Of a stretch of DNA of 64,000 nucleotides, positions 26,317-36,750 are shown in pieces (positions within the stretch are counted from its first letter, which is position 1; each line of letters starts with the position of its first letter). Location of the stretch: NCBI GenBank assembly GCA_034780895.1, contig JAUZTB010000118.1:69655974-69719973 (forward strand), read 5' to 3'. The notes below the pieces were generated by a model that had not been told where the DNA came from, did no database searches, and saw only the letters and a list, made by a program, of their open reading frames with translations. The DNA comes from Rhynchobatus australiae (Eukaryota). A program made the translations under genes and the position numbers.

Positions 26317-26381
26317 CCTGAAGATGAGATCTCTTGGATAAAAATTGGATGAACTTCACTGCTTTGGATCTGGGGGGACAT
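26307..26381 (-). other. Out-of-frame upstream ORF (24 aa) overlapping the ZNF608 start codon
   Basis: ATG at 26381 reads [27 protein letters not shown]; the stop (26309..26307) lies inside the main CDS. Offset from the main ATG is 65 nt. Confidence 0.6.
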
Positions 26382-26492
26382 TCGCTTCTCCGCCACGTGT
26401 TTCACCCCTTTCAAATGTTTATTTTATATATTTATATCTATATTCCCCTTATTCTCGAGTCACACGATCCACACACACGAATAAATTACTTC
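26317..26492 (-). other. ZNF608: 5' UTR portion (176 nt) of the ATG-containing ZNF608 exon
   Basis: Acceptor-like TTAGTCTTATCTTTTTACAG|GAAG at 26493/26492; unique sequence with retained CpGs up to the ATG. Confidence 0.7.
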
Positions 26493-27277
26493 CTGTAAAA
26501 AGATAAGACTAATAAATCGGTTGTTGGGTAAGACCAACATTTTTCTTCTATTTTAAAAAAAATCCTTTTGCATGTAGGTCTGGTTTGAACTTTCCAACGT
26601 TTTAATTTAAAAATCCTTCCGCATTAATAATTTGTACTTATCTCTGAACCATTTAAAAACTGTTGAAGCCGGCAACTGCTTTGACGAAAGGCGAATCTAT
26701 GGCCATCTCCACTGGCTGCCAGGGTGGTCTGGGGTGCAGCTTCTGATCTGTGCCACCCACAGCTCATCTGACCGCGGAGATGTGGTGAGACAGACTTCCC
26801 ATATCCATGTGTGTAAGGACTCTGCCTGGCAAGTCCTGTCGGCAGTATTTGGTCAGTGTCAACCCGTCCTGTGGCTGGTATCTGGCTGTGTTCAAGATGT
26901 CTCCTCCAAGGATTCCCACGTTACAACTGGGACCTCTCCTCATTGGCTCTGGGATTTGAGGTGATGAAAGCTGCAAGTTCAACCCTACGCCTACTTGTTT
27001 GGCTTCCTTTTAGCTGGAAAAGGGGCAAAATATCAACACATGTATCAGGAATGTCAGGCTACAGTGTAACCTAGGGGGCTCGTGCAATGTTGGTAACACA
27101 TTATAACATTGAACAACTGCCCTCTGAGTAATTTATACACAGTTTTAGTGTGGAACTTGCTAGAAGCTGCCTCTGTGGAGCAGACGCATCATAGGGAAAT
27201 GCTACTGTCTATCTATAAGCCCTTCTATTTAATAAAGCAGCAATGCACCTTTGTTTGTGGTTTAATAACAACTACTT

Positions 27278-27420
27278 GAGGGAGTGGTTGAGGCGGGTAC
27301 AATAATAACATTTAAAAGACACTAGGATGAGTATGTGGAGAGGAAAGGTTTGGAAGGATATGGGCCAAATGTAGGCAAATAGGACTGGCTTAGATGGGCA
27401 CCTTGTTTGGTATGGACCAG
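27278..27420 (+). mobile_element. CR1/HER1 LINE 3' fragment
   Basis: GTGGTTGAGGCGGGTACAATAATAACATTTAAAAGACACTAGGATGAGTATGTGGAGAGGAAAGGTTTGGAAGGATATGGGCCAAATG. Confidence 0.8.
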
Positions 27421-28302
27421 TCATGGTCTCTCACGTTCTACCCAGTATTCACCTTCCCATCAGCATCACTGAAGCAGATAACTGGTCCTTCCCGTCTGAG
27501 CCCTGGACTATGACAGTGGTTATGCTTCCAAATCAGTTTGATGGCTGCGCACCTGTGAAGATGTCCTGAGATTTAGAACGTTCTATCCAAGTGCAACACC
27601 TTCTTATTCTACAGATGTGCTTCTTGAGCTTGTTGGAGGGTGTTTGGAGAAGGTTTGTTGAGGAGCATGAATGGACCACTTGGGCTGGAGGGTCCACACT
27701 GTTCTTGTGCTTTCCGCATTCATTAACGGTTTCGTTTGAGAACCAGCGGTGCTGTCCTGGGGGCGAGGGGTGAAACCTAAGGCAGTTGGGGAACTCAGCA
27801 AGGACGGGGACTCAAAGAGCCTGGCAAGGCAGCCGGGAAAATGCACACAGCAGCAACGGGACGGATGGTGCCCAGCTGGTGAGACGGGGGGGGGGGGGGG
27901 ATGAGGCGGGGCGGGTGTTGGCGCGAGCGGGTGAGNNNNNNNNNNNNNNNNNNNNNNNNNNNNNNNNNNNNNNNNNNNNNNNNNNNNNNNNNNNNNNNNN
28001 NNNNNNNNNNNNNNNNNNNNNNNNNNNNNNNNNNNTAATTTCACACCGACCCAAATGGTAGTCGACAGCAACAGCAAAACTCGGAGCTGAAATCTTCTTT
28101 GCGAAAAACTAACATATGAGGAAGTTATCATAGTGCAAAAGAGACGCGTTTAAAAATTGCTGAAATGAATCACCACTCGTTCGCGCTCCATCAGCTCTGC
28201 ACCAAGGTGGCCCCAGTGACCGCAAATGAGGTTATTTGACAAAGATCAGTGTAGCCATTCAAAGTCTGAAGAGCATGCATCATGGGTAGCTGCAACTCTT
28301 AC

Positions 28303-28600
28303 CTTTAAATCATTCATTTAAACATCTCTTCCCCGCATTAGCAGCCCCCACCCCTCCACACGCAAATCTGCAACATTTCGCCATACATCATACATCCTGC
28401 ACAACTTATGCTCATATATGTGTAATACGAAATGGAAGAAACGTTTTAAACCTCCTCGCCAAATAAATGTTTCACTTCTTTCCCCTCCTCCTCTTTCTCC
28501 TGGCACACAGAACGGATTCTTCCCCTTTTCCCAGCAAACGAAAAATATCTTAAAAGTCCACACACGCGTCGCCACCAACAGCAAAAAAAAACTGCATGGG
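28303..28600 (-). other. Candidate alternative 5' non-coding exon (5' end unknown)
   Basis: Strong donor TTTAAAG|GTAAGA (28303/28302) in CpG-retaining unique sequence upstream of the 26492 acceptor. Confidence 0.35.
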
Positions 28601-29085
28601 AATATAAATTTAATTGTAAGAACTGTGCACGGATCCAAAAATCATTTTAAAAGTTTTCAAACTTCAAATTCCACCTTAACCGCACACTTTTCGTGATCAG
28701 TAAATAATTGTGCCATAAAGAGAGAGAGGGGGGGAGGAAAAAAAAGAGGAAAAAATCTACAGGCGTCCGGTTGAAACAAGACAGAATATGCTAACCCTGG
28801 GATAAATTAGTGAAGGGAAAAAAAATAGCAGAAACCTGGACTGGATTACACATTCTGTCCGGACGTGGCACCATCGTCTCAAAACAGTGTCAAACACACA
28901 AATTAAGCGAGGGAAACGACGCCAGTCAATCATGTGGTAATTTCATAATCGACAGTTTCAAATACAACAAAGCGAGGACCTGAGGGGTGGGGGAAGGGAG
29001 AGGGGGTGGAGGAGGAAAGGGGGAAAAAAGATATCTAATACAACTAGGACCGGTTTGCTGCAAACGTTGACGATTGTCTGCTTAC

Positions 29086-29300
29086 CATTTTCTGTCATCT
29101 TGTACTCGGATTAGGAGCTACACAGTTTAATTAGCTGGCGTTTAGAGCTAAAAGCTGTAATGAATTGTTGATGGATTTGAAGGGGGAGGTTGCAACAACC
29201 AACCATCTAAAAGCAGCTATTTTGTTACAGTTCGAGCTTCAATCACGTGAATCCAAGATTCCCTGTAGCTTGACGTGAGAACAAAAATCGGTGACAAGCG
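29086..29300 (-). promoter_or_regulatory. Candidate alternative 5' non-coding exon/regulatory block
   Basis: Strong donor AAAATG|GTAAGC (29086/29085), palindromic E-box TCACGTGA at 29243-29250, TGACGTGA at 29271-29278; CpG-retaining unique sequence. Confidence 0.4.
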
Positions 29301-29966
29301 TATCAGAAAACTGATCTTGCCTTAGAGAAAAAAGGGGAAAAAAAACTTGAGGTCTGCAGTTTTGAACAGGGGCGAAAAATCTCTTAGGGGGCTGTTAACG
29401 ACTTGGTCAGAATAAGCACAAACCTTTAGAAAGCGCTGCGTGTCCCTTTCATATCAGCGATAAAACGGGAGGGGGAATCATTCGTGATCGACAGTCGTAA
29501 CTGCTTATTAAAGTCAACTTCAGCAAAACTTGTCGCTATTTACAAGCTCAAGTTAGCACGATTAATGTCACGAGGGACCAAAAGCCAAAATAGAAGCATT
29601 TGTATTTATTTATTTTTTTAAAAATCGTGAACGTAAAATAAATAGGGANNNNNNNNNNNNNNNNNNNNNNNNNNNNNNNNNNNNNNNNNNNNNNNNNNNN
29701 NNNNNNNNNNNNNNNNNNNNNNNNNNNNNNNNNNNNNNNNNNNNNNNNATTTTTTTAAAAATCGTGAAAGTAAAATAAATAGGGAAACAGCACAGGATAT
29801 AACTTTTAAATCAACAGAATGAATCAAAACTATTTCTATTCAATTATAGCTCCATCTTATCAAAAAAAACTCAGGAGGGCGAGTAAAAGGAGAATTCTCT
29901 TGCCAAAATGCAATCTCTGGTGTGATTGATAAAACTTTGCTAAAGATTATTGTATAATATACTCAC

Positions 29967-30340
29967 GATCAATACTGGTTCGGTTTTGCCCTGGTCTTCG
30001 TGTGAAATGAAATGCATTTTTTTTTGTTTTGTTTTAAATCGGATCTTGCAATGGTGTGACTGCCTGTGTCCTTGTGTGGCGGTGTGTTTTGCTTGGCTTG
30101 TTCTCACTCGTGCCTGTGTGACTGTCGGTGTGTTTTGTTGGGTGCATTGGCTAGTTCTCAGTCTGTCTGTGTGTTTCGCTGGGTGTATTGGCTTGTCCTC
30201 ACTGTTTAGTTCGGTGTACTGACTTGTCCTCACAGTGTATGTGTATGTGTATTTTGCTGGGTACAGATTTCTCTCTTTCTCTCTCTCTCTCTCTCTGCTC
30301 CAGACCCGGCTCCGCTCCTTTGTTTCACAGCCATTCGCCC
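29967..30340 (-). other. ZNF608: Candidate non-coding first exon of ZNF608 (5' end approximate)
   Basis: Begins ~25-30 nt downstream of a CATAAAAG box and ends at a donor GATC|GTGAGTAT (29967/29966). Confidence 0.45.
30081..30263. repeat. Degenerate ~35-45-bp tandem repeat (about 5 units)
   Basis: Units resembling GTGTGTTTTGCTGGGTGTATTGGCTTGTCCTCAC start near 30081, 30127, 30168, 30213 and 30247. Confidence 0.75.
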
Positions 30341-30620
30341 TGCAGCCACTCAGAGCGCAGCTTTTATGAAACTCAGCCCAGCCATTGGCTGTGCATTTTC
30401 GCATCTGTGTGTGCGAGAGAGAGAGAGAGCTGAGCTTGCAGCACAAGAGTCAAGTTAGTCTGTGTGTGTGAAAGGAGCTTCCAGCAGAGCCAGCACTGGA
30501 GCGTTCAACTCCCAGCAGTAGAGCGTTTAGCCAACACAGCCAGAAAAAACAGCTACTTTCACCCTTCTCTCGTCACAGCCTGCGGCAGCCAACAGAGCTT
30601 GAACCAAGCACCCAGCTGAA
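30340..30620 (-). promoter_or_regulatory. Candidate ZNF608 core/proximal promoter
   Basis: On the minus strand, a CCAAT box (30388..30384) precedes a TATA-like CATAAAAG (30368..30361). Flanked by (GA)n/(GT)n tracts, with raised GC/CpG content and no transposon debris. Confidence 0.5.
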
Positions 30621-33600
30621 CCAGTTCCAAGTATTTAGTTCGTCAACCACTGCATAAAACAAAGGGTTACAATGATTTACACCCAAAACACTTTAGTACG
30701 GGGAGCACACATTTAAATTTACTTCTCTCTTCATCCAGAAGAATTAGGTCATGGTATTTAAATTCATAATAAAAAGCATCCTTCATCCAGATCACACCGA
30801 TTTAAAGTAACAGCAATCTGACTTTTTCCCCCAAATCATTTTCAATTATTTCCCTATTCATCCAGAAAATTCAGATTACTGATGTTTTGATTAACTGTCC
30901 TTTGTTTCAACATCACAACGAAAACAATATCTCACCCAGTTTTCTGAATATTATTTTAGTTTTAAACACTGAATATTACAACTAGAAATCACTTTTTCTA
31001 ATGAAGCAGTAAACATATTTTGGAATGACTACTCCATTGGAAATATTTTGAATCTACAACAGCTGGAAGCATTCACTTTACTTTGCAATCGGATTATTTC
31101 CCTCTGTGGTATTATTTGTTGTCCTAAATTACAAATGTTAGCACTTTAGTGTTTCTAATTTAATTGTGCAGTAGTTGGAAAGAGAAAGGATTATGTGCAT
31201 CCAAACAGCAAAATCTTAGGGAAACGTCTCCTTAAATTGTTTCCCTTTGGGTGGTTTTTGGTCAGAAAAGACATTGAATTAAAAAACAGAGGTTAAAGCA
31301 TTATCTTGTTGGGCCACGTGGGTGAACGATACATCAGTGCTTAAAAAGTGTTAGAAACACTCTGCAAGATCCCTTAAAATAAAGTTGCTTGTGCCACATT
31401 TAGATTATTCACTTCTATCAGTATTTCTTTCTCTGGACCTGTGTGTATTAAGTGTGTCCATGTATGGATGGTGAATATGCCTGCTTACATTTGTGGAAGT
31501 TACTTCTTCCCTTGTGTATACATATAGAAAAAGTGTGCCTGTTATGTCTCCGAATGATGTATGAGCTGTGGTATTTATTTTGTGCATGCATCATTTATCA
31601 TATTTGTGCCTGATATGTATATGCATTTTTTTTAACTTTTGCATGTGTCTCCGTGCTGCTTCGTTTCAGTGGTGTGCATTTCTGTGTTCCTTTATCTCGC
31701 GGATGACTTTCGTGCATGTTTGTCACGTAACAATATGAGTTAGATGCATTTGCATTTGTATTTGGTGCATGTCTTTCTCACTGTCTATGTGTTTATTGAT
31801 GTATGCAAATCTATTGCTCGTGTTTCTGTGCGAGTCCCTCCCTCCTTTCACTGCCAGTGGGATCAATCCCATTGTGGCTGCACCTTTTGGTACCCTACTT
31901 GGGTGCCTATTCTACCAGAGTACAAAGGCTAACTTTGCTCAAAGCTATCAATTCAGTATACCGAGAATCAAACATGAAATTATTTTTTTATGCCTCAGCT
32001 ACTCTCAGGTTCAATCACCTGAGTCATGAGTTAAATGCGTGTCTGGTGAATGTGTGTTGTCTGCGTCTCTGCAGAATGTAAGCTGTCTGAGGTGTGGTAT
32101 GTGCGTGCATCTGTGGCAAGTGAACCGAATGTCATATGGTGGGTTTTTTTCTGACAACGGTTTGTGTGTGTGCGTGTGTGTGTGTGTGTACCCTCTTCGC
32201 TATTTGCCCTTACCCTTCGTGCCTTCCCCACCCGAGTTGTAAGATAACACATGAGAGACAATATTTGCAGAGCAAACGTTTGCTCGAGTACAGATCATGT
32301 AAGAAGAAGCTTGCTCAACGCGAATGCGCAATAATCAATGTTCTTTCTATATATAAAAGACATTGGTGGCCAGGGTACGGTGAGGGTAGACTTGCACAAA
32401 CATATGGTCGCCCTCAGTGTCTGCAACCAAACGGCAGCTCGCGATTAGCCGAACTGTGCAAACTTCATGCCCCACTCACATGGTGCTATCAACACATTCT
32501 GCAGAGGTCGTAGTCTCTGTTTCGTAATAGCTTTTTTTTTGTTCTTTGTGTGTGGTTGATAACAATGTTTCTGTTTGGACATGTTGATCGTGTTTTATTT
32601 TGAGCTCACGGCAGTGCAGTAAACAGCGATCATTTCCTCCTTCCACTGAGTTTTTACTACAAAGAACCACGAAGTGGGGGATGGGGAGCGACAAAGCTTT
32701 CACAATAACCTTACTGATGTCCGGAAAAAAACCACATCCAAAATGGTTTTAACACTGGTGCATTTCCTAATGAATCTCCCTTGTTTGTATTGTTTCATAT
32801 ATGTATCTTGCTTGTTGAGCAAAGGGGAACATCTGAAGGTTTCAGTTTTAATTTGAAAATGTGATATTTGTCTAGCCAATGAATTGCAACCTGTGGTGTA
32901 AAACATAATTGCTTCATTAAAAATAAAGTTATCTTACGCTATCATACGTCGTAAATCTTTTCTCTATCTGATTATGAATAGAGATAATAATGATTTGAGG
33001 GAAAGGCATAGGTCAGAGTATGAATATGCTCAAATCCCTTTTAATTGATCTGGTAGTAATATGAAAATAAAGCAATAAAACATCATTTGTTTAGTACAAT
33101 TATCAGCAAATTTTAGTTTCCACCTGCAGAAAATAAGATGCTGTTCACTTAGACTAATGGCTATATTTGCTCGTTACAAAAATGTTCAAATATAACACTG
33201 ACAAATGTTAAACAACATACCACAAAGTAGCAGAGTGAGATAACCACATTTTTGTGTTTGTTTTATCTCTTCACATATAAATGAAGATAAATCATGTTTA
33301 ACAATATTCATTCTTGAAAGATAGTGGATTCTTATTTGTCCTTTAACATATATCCTCACGGGATAATTTACGTGCCACAATATGATGTGGAAGTTTATGG
33401 CAATAATATTATGAAGGATTATTGAATCAAAGCATGCTATTAGTACAAAAGAAATTACAATTCCATCCAGCTATGGACATCAGTACTTTCCTCCATATAA
33501 ATCTTCTGTCTAACCTCAATTCTCAGTTGTTCACACTCCATAACCATTAATATTACTTTATTTCACAAGCAGCTATTTTCTTTAATTCATAAACAATTTC

Positions 33601-34865
33601 AACAATAGTTTGTGCCAGACAGTTCCAGATTCTGACCATCCTCTCTATAGAGAATTTGGTTCATAATCTCGCCTGTAACACATCATATTATATGCTCTCA
33701 TTTGTCTGTCTCCTTGGTTAGAGTGAGCTGCACAGCACCTGCCAGAAAAAGAACTGAAATCCTGGCTCTCTGCTCCCTCCTTTGAGGTTGAAGTCATTGT
33801 ACCAGCATTTGCACTGGGGCTGTAGTCTTTGAACCAAAGTATCCAAGCCAATATATATTAGTTTCAGGCCCAAATATCATTCTTTCCTGATTCATATTCA
33901 AAAGACTATATTTGCATATCTGTATCTTTCTTCTTACAGTGGTTGAAATTCCTAGTAAACCCACTGGACCGAGTTCAACAACCAGATTTATGCACCAGCA
34001 GGGTGACTCAGTAATCTGGTGTCCCCAGTGACACTTACATTGAGCACATCTTGCTGGCTTTGTCAATTGGTTCAATGTAATTGAAACAAAAAATCCCTTC
34101 CGTTCTCATAAACTGTCATTGACTGATGCAACCAGAAATGTTTTTATTACACAGCGCTGTCTTCTAAACATGAAAATAAAAATATAAAACCTGTCTAATT
34201 TTATGCATCACTGCTTTTAAACATGGCATTCCAGAATAGTGTAAACATTTTAAAAACAGAATAGAAATGATATTTTCCTTTGGTAATTTTAATTTTTCAT
34301 TTCCACTGTATTTTTAAAATTCAGTTTTATTTTATTCTTTGTTACTAGAAATGGTGGCAATAGGCTTATTCAAATTTTGGTTTAGAGGAAGATCAATCAG
34401 ATTGCAAAGCTACTTTAACAGGCTCTGATGTCTGTTGATTTGAAACAAACCAGTGTAAGTGGTATTTGAACCCCACTTTTCTTCCTGCCAGTTCACATCC
34501 AACCACATTTTAAATTGTTAACGCATGTTGCCCTGCAAGTGCTGTATGAACTCACTGACACTCCACATGGTGCATAACGCCCAATATTTTTATGACCTGT
34601 ACTTTCCTTATCTGTGTTCCTTTTCCCAGTATCACTATTTGGCTTGTCCACAAACACCCAAGCGCAACCAAGTGCAGAAAAGAATTGACTTTACTGTGTT
34701 TTAATAATGCTTTGACACATTGATAAAAAATCATTTTCAGCATTATCCACCCAAACTTCTTGATTTCCCATTTCAATAACTTTTTGATGATTTTTTTTTT
34801 CTCTCTCAGCAAGTCCCATTGGGGTGTATCATGGGCTGTAGAGACGGAAAGATATCACACTTCTG

Positions 34866-35155
34866 CCAGTCCTGATGAAGGCTCTCAACCTGAAATGTCA
34901 ACTGCCCATTTCCCTCCATTGATGCTGCCTGACCAGCTGAGTTCCTCCAGCGNNNNNNNNNNNNNNNNNNNNNNNNNNNNNNNNNNNNNNNNNNNNNNNN
35001 NNNNNNNNNNNNNNNNNNNNNNNNNNNNNNNNNNNNNNNNNNNNNNNNNNNNCCAGTCCTGATGAAGGCTCTCAACCTGAAATGTCATCTGCCCATTTCC
35101 CTCCATTGATGCTGCCTGACCAGCTGAGTTCCTCCAGCGCCTTTGTGTGTTGCTG
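34866..35155 (+). mobile_element. Two tandem PLE terminal-repeat copies with hammerhead-like cores, separated by an N gap
   Basis: CAGTC-CTGATGA-AGGCTCTCAACCT-GAAA-TGTC at 34867-34899 and 35054-35086, followed by the same GATGCTGCCTGACCAGCTGAGTTCCTCCAGC segment seen at ~36708-36737. Confidence 0.8.
34867..34904 (+). ncRNA. Minimal type-I hammerhead ribozyme-like motif (best-preserved core in the window)
   Basis: Stem I CAGT(C)/(A)ACTG; core CUGAUGA (34872-34878); stem II AGG/CCT; GAAA (34892-34895); GUC triplet (34897-34899). Activity is untested. Confidence 0.5.
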
Positions 35156-35275
35156 AAAAATGGACATAGTAGTGTAAAGTTACTGGAAAGTTAGCCAGAG
35201 TTCATAACCATTAATTTAGGGACATGGATTTGAATCCCATGGCAACTGGGGAATTTACATTGAAAGGATTAAGTA

Positions 35276-35945
35276 TTGGGATTGGAATTGGTTTATTGTT
35301 GTCGCATGTATTAAGGTAAAGTAAAGAGCATAGTTTTACAAGCCATCCATGCAGATCATTTCAAAACATAAGTACATTAAAGTAGTACAATGGAAAAGCA
35401 ATATCAGAATGGAAAATGTAGTGTTACAGTTACAGAGAGAGTGCAGGGCAGGTAGACAATAAGGTGCAAGGGCCATGCCAAGGTAGATTGTGAGGTCAAG
35501 CGTTCATCTGTAGCATACAAGAGGTCCGTTCAAGAGTCTTATAACTGTGGGACAGAAGCCATCCTTGAGCCTGGTGGTGAGTGTTTTCAAGCTTTTGTAT
35601 CCTCTGCCCAATGGGAGAGGAGAGAAGAGAATGATGGGGGAGGGGTCTTTGCTTATGCTGGCTGCTTTTCTGAGGGAGTGAGAAATGTAGACAGAGTCCA
35701 TAGAGGGGAGGCTGGTTTCCGTGATGGAAACTGTGTCCACAACTCTCTGCAATTTCTTGCAGTCTTGAACAGAGCAGTTGCAATACCAAGCTGTGATGAA
35801 CCCAGATAGAATGCTTTCTATGGTGCATCGATAAAAGTTGTCAAGGGTCAATAGGTGCATGTCAATTTCCTTAGCCTGCTGAGGAAGTAAAGGTGCTGGT
35901 GTGCTTTGTTGGCCATAGCGTCTACGTGGTTGGACCACATAGATG
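35276..35945 (-). mobile_element. Rex-Babar LINE 3' end nested in an older SINE-like element
   Basis: LDNFYRCTIESILSGFITAWY...LPLGRGYKSLKTLTTRLKDGF; tail ...AATAAACCAATTCCAAT. Confidence 0.85.
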
Positions 35946-36226
35946 CAACTGTAATGCAACCATGATATTACCAGAATGTTATAAAAACACATGAGGTTCA
36001 CAGGGGTCCTTTAGGGAAGGCAAAGTGCCATCCTTACCAAGTCTGGACTACATGTGACTCCAGGCACTTGATGCATCCTTCATTCTGGAACAAATAAGGA
36101 TGGAGAATAAATACCAGCATTGCCAGTGATATCTATAGCCCAGGAATAACTAAACTTTAAAAAGTCATAGAGAGGTAGAGCACAGAAACAGGCTCTCCAG
36201 CCCACTGAGTCCACAGTGACCGTTAG

Positions 36227-36750
36227 CGCAGGTTGGAGGAACAACACCTCATATTCCGCATTGGGACTCTCCAACCTGATGGCCTCAACATTGATTTCTC
36301 TAACTTCCGGTAACTCCATCCCTTCTTTTTCTCCCCCTCCCCATTCCTTTGTCTTCCTTTATTCCTATGGCTCCCTTCCCCTGCCTTGATGACCTGCCCA
36401 TCTCCTCTCCTCTCCTCCCCCATCATTTATTCCATGGTTCACTGCCCTCTCCTACTGGATTCCTTCTTCTTCAGCCCTTTGCCTCTTCTACCTATCACCT
36501 CTCAGCTTCTTACATCTTCTCCCTTCCGTCACCGACCTACCTTCCCACTCTCACCTGGACTCGCCTATCACCTGGACTCGCCTATCCCCTGCCTGTGTGT
36601 GCTCCTCTCCCTCCCCCAACCTCCTCATTCTGGCTTCTGCCCTCTTCCTTTCCAGTCCTGATGAAGGGTCTCGGCCCACTACATCGACTGTTTATTTCCC
36701 TCTATGGATGCTGCCTGTCCTGCTGAGTTCCTCCAGTACTTTTTGTGCAG
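36227..36750 (+). mobile_element. Penelope-like element 3' end (GIY-YIG endonuclease C-terminus, pyrimidine-rich 3' region, terminal repeat with degenerate hammerhead motif)
   Basis: 36227-36313 translates RRLEEQHLIFRIGTLQPDGLNIDFSNFR*, the typical PLE GIY-YIG C-terminal motif (LIF.LGTL.P.GLN). A C/T-rich tract follows, then CAGTC-CTGATGA-AGGGTCTCGGCCC-actacatc-GACTG at 36653-36690. Confidence 0.85.

Noticed and set aside
29612-29785. ~35-bp direct repeat either side of an N gap (TTTTTTAAAAATCGTGAA.GTAAAATAAATAGGGA)
   Set aside because: Most likely overlapping contig ends of two alleles (one mismatch), i.e. a scaffolding artefact. The same caveat applies to the tandem at 34866-35140.
31420-32200. 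Several short ORFs in a TG-rich region
   Set aside because: Degenerate dinucleotide low-complexity sequence giving Cys/Val-rich spurious frames.
36653-36690. Hammerhead in the GIY-YIG-linked PLE copy as an active ribozyme
   Set aside because: GAAAC is replaced by ACTAC, destroying the catalytic core.
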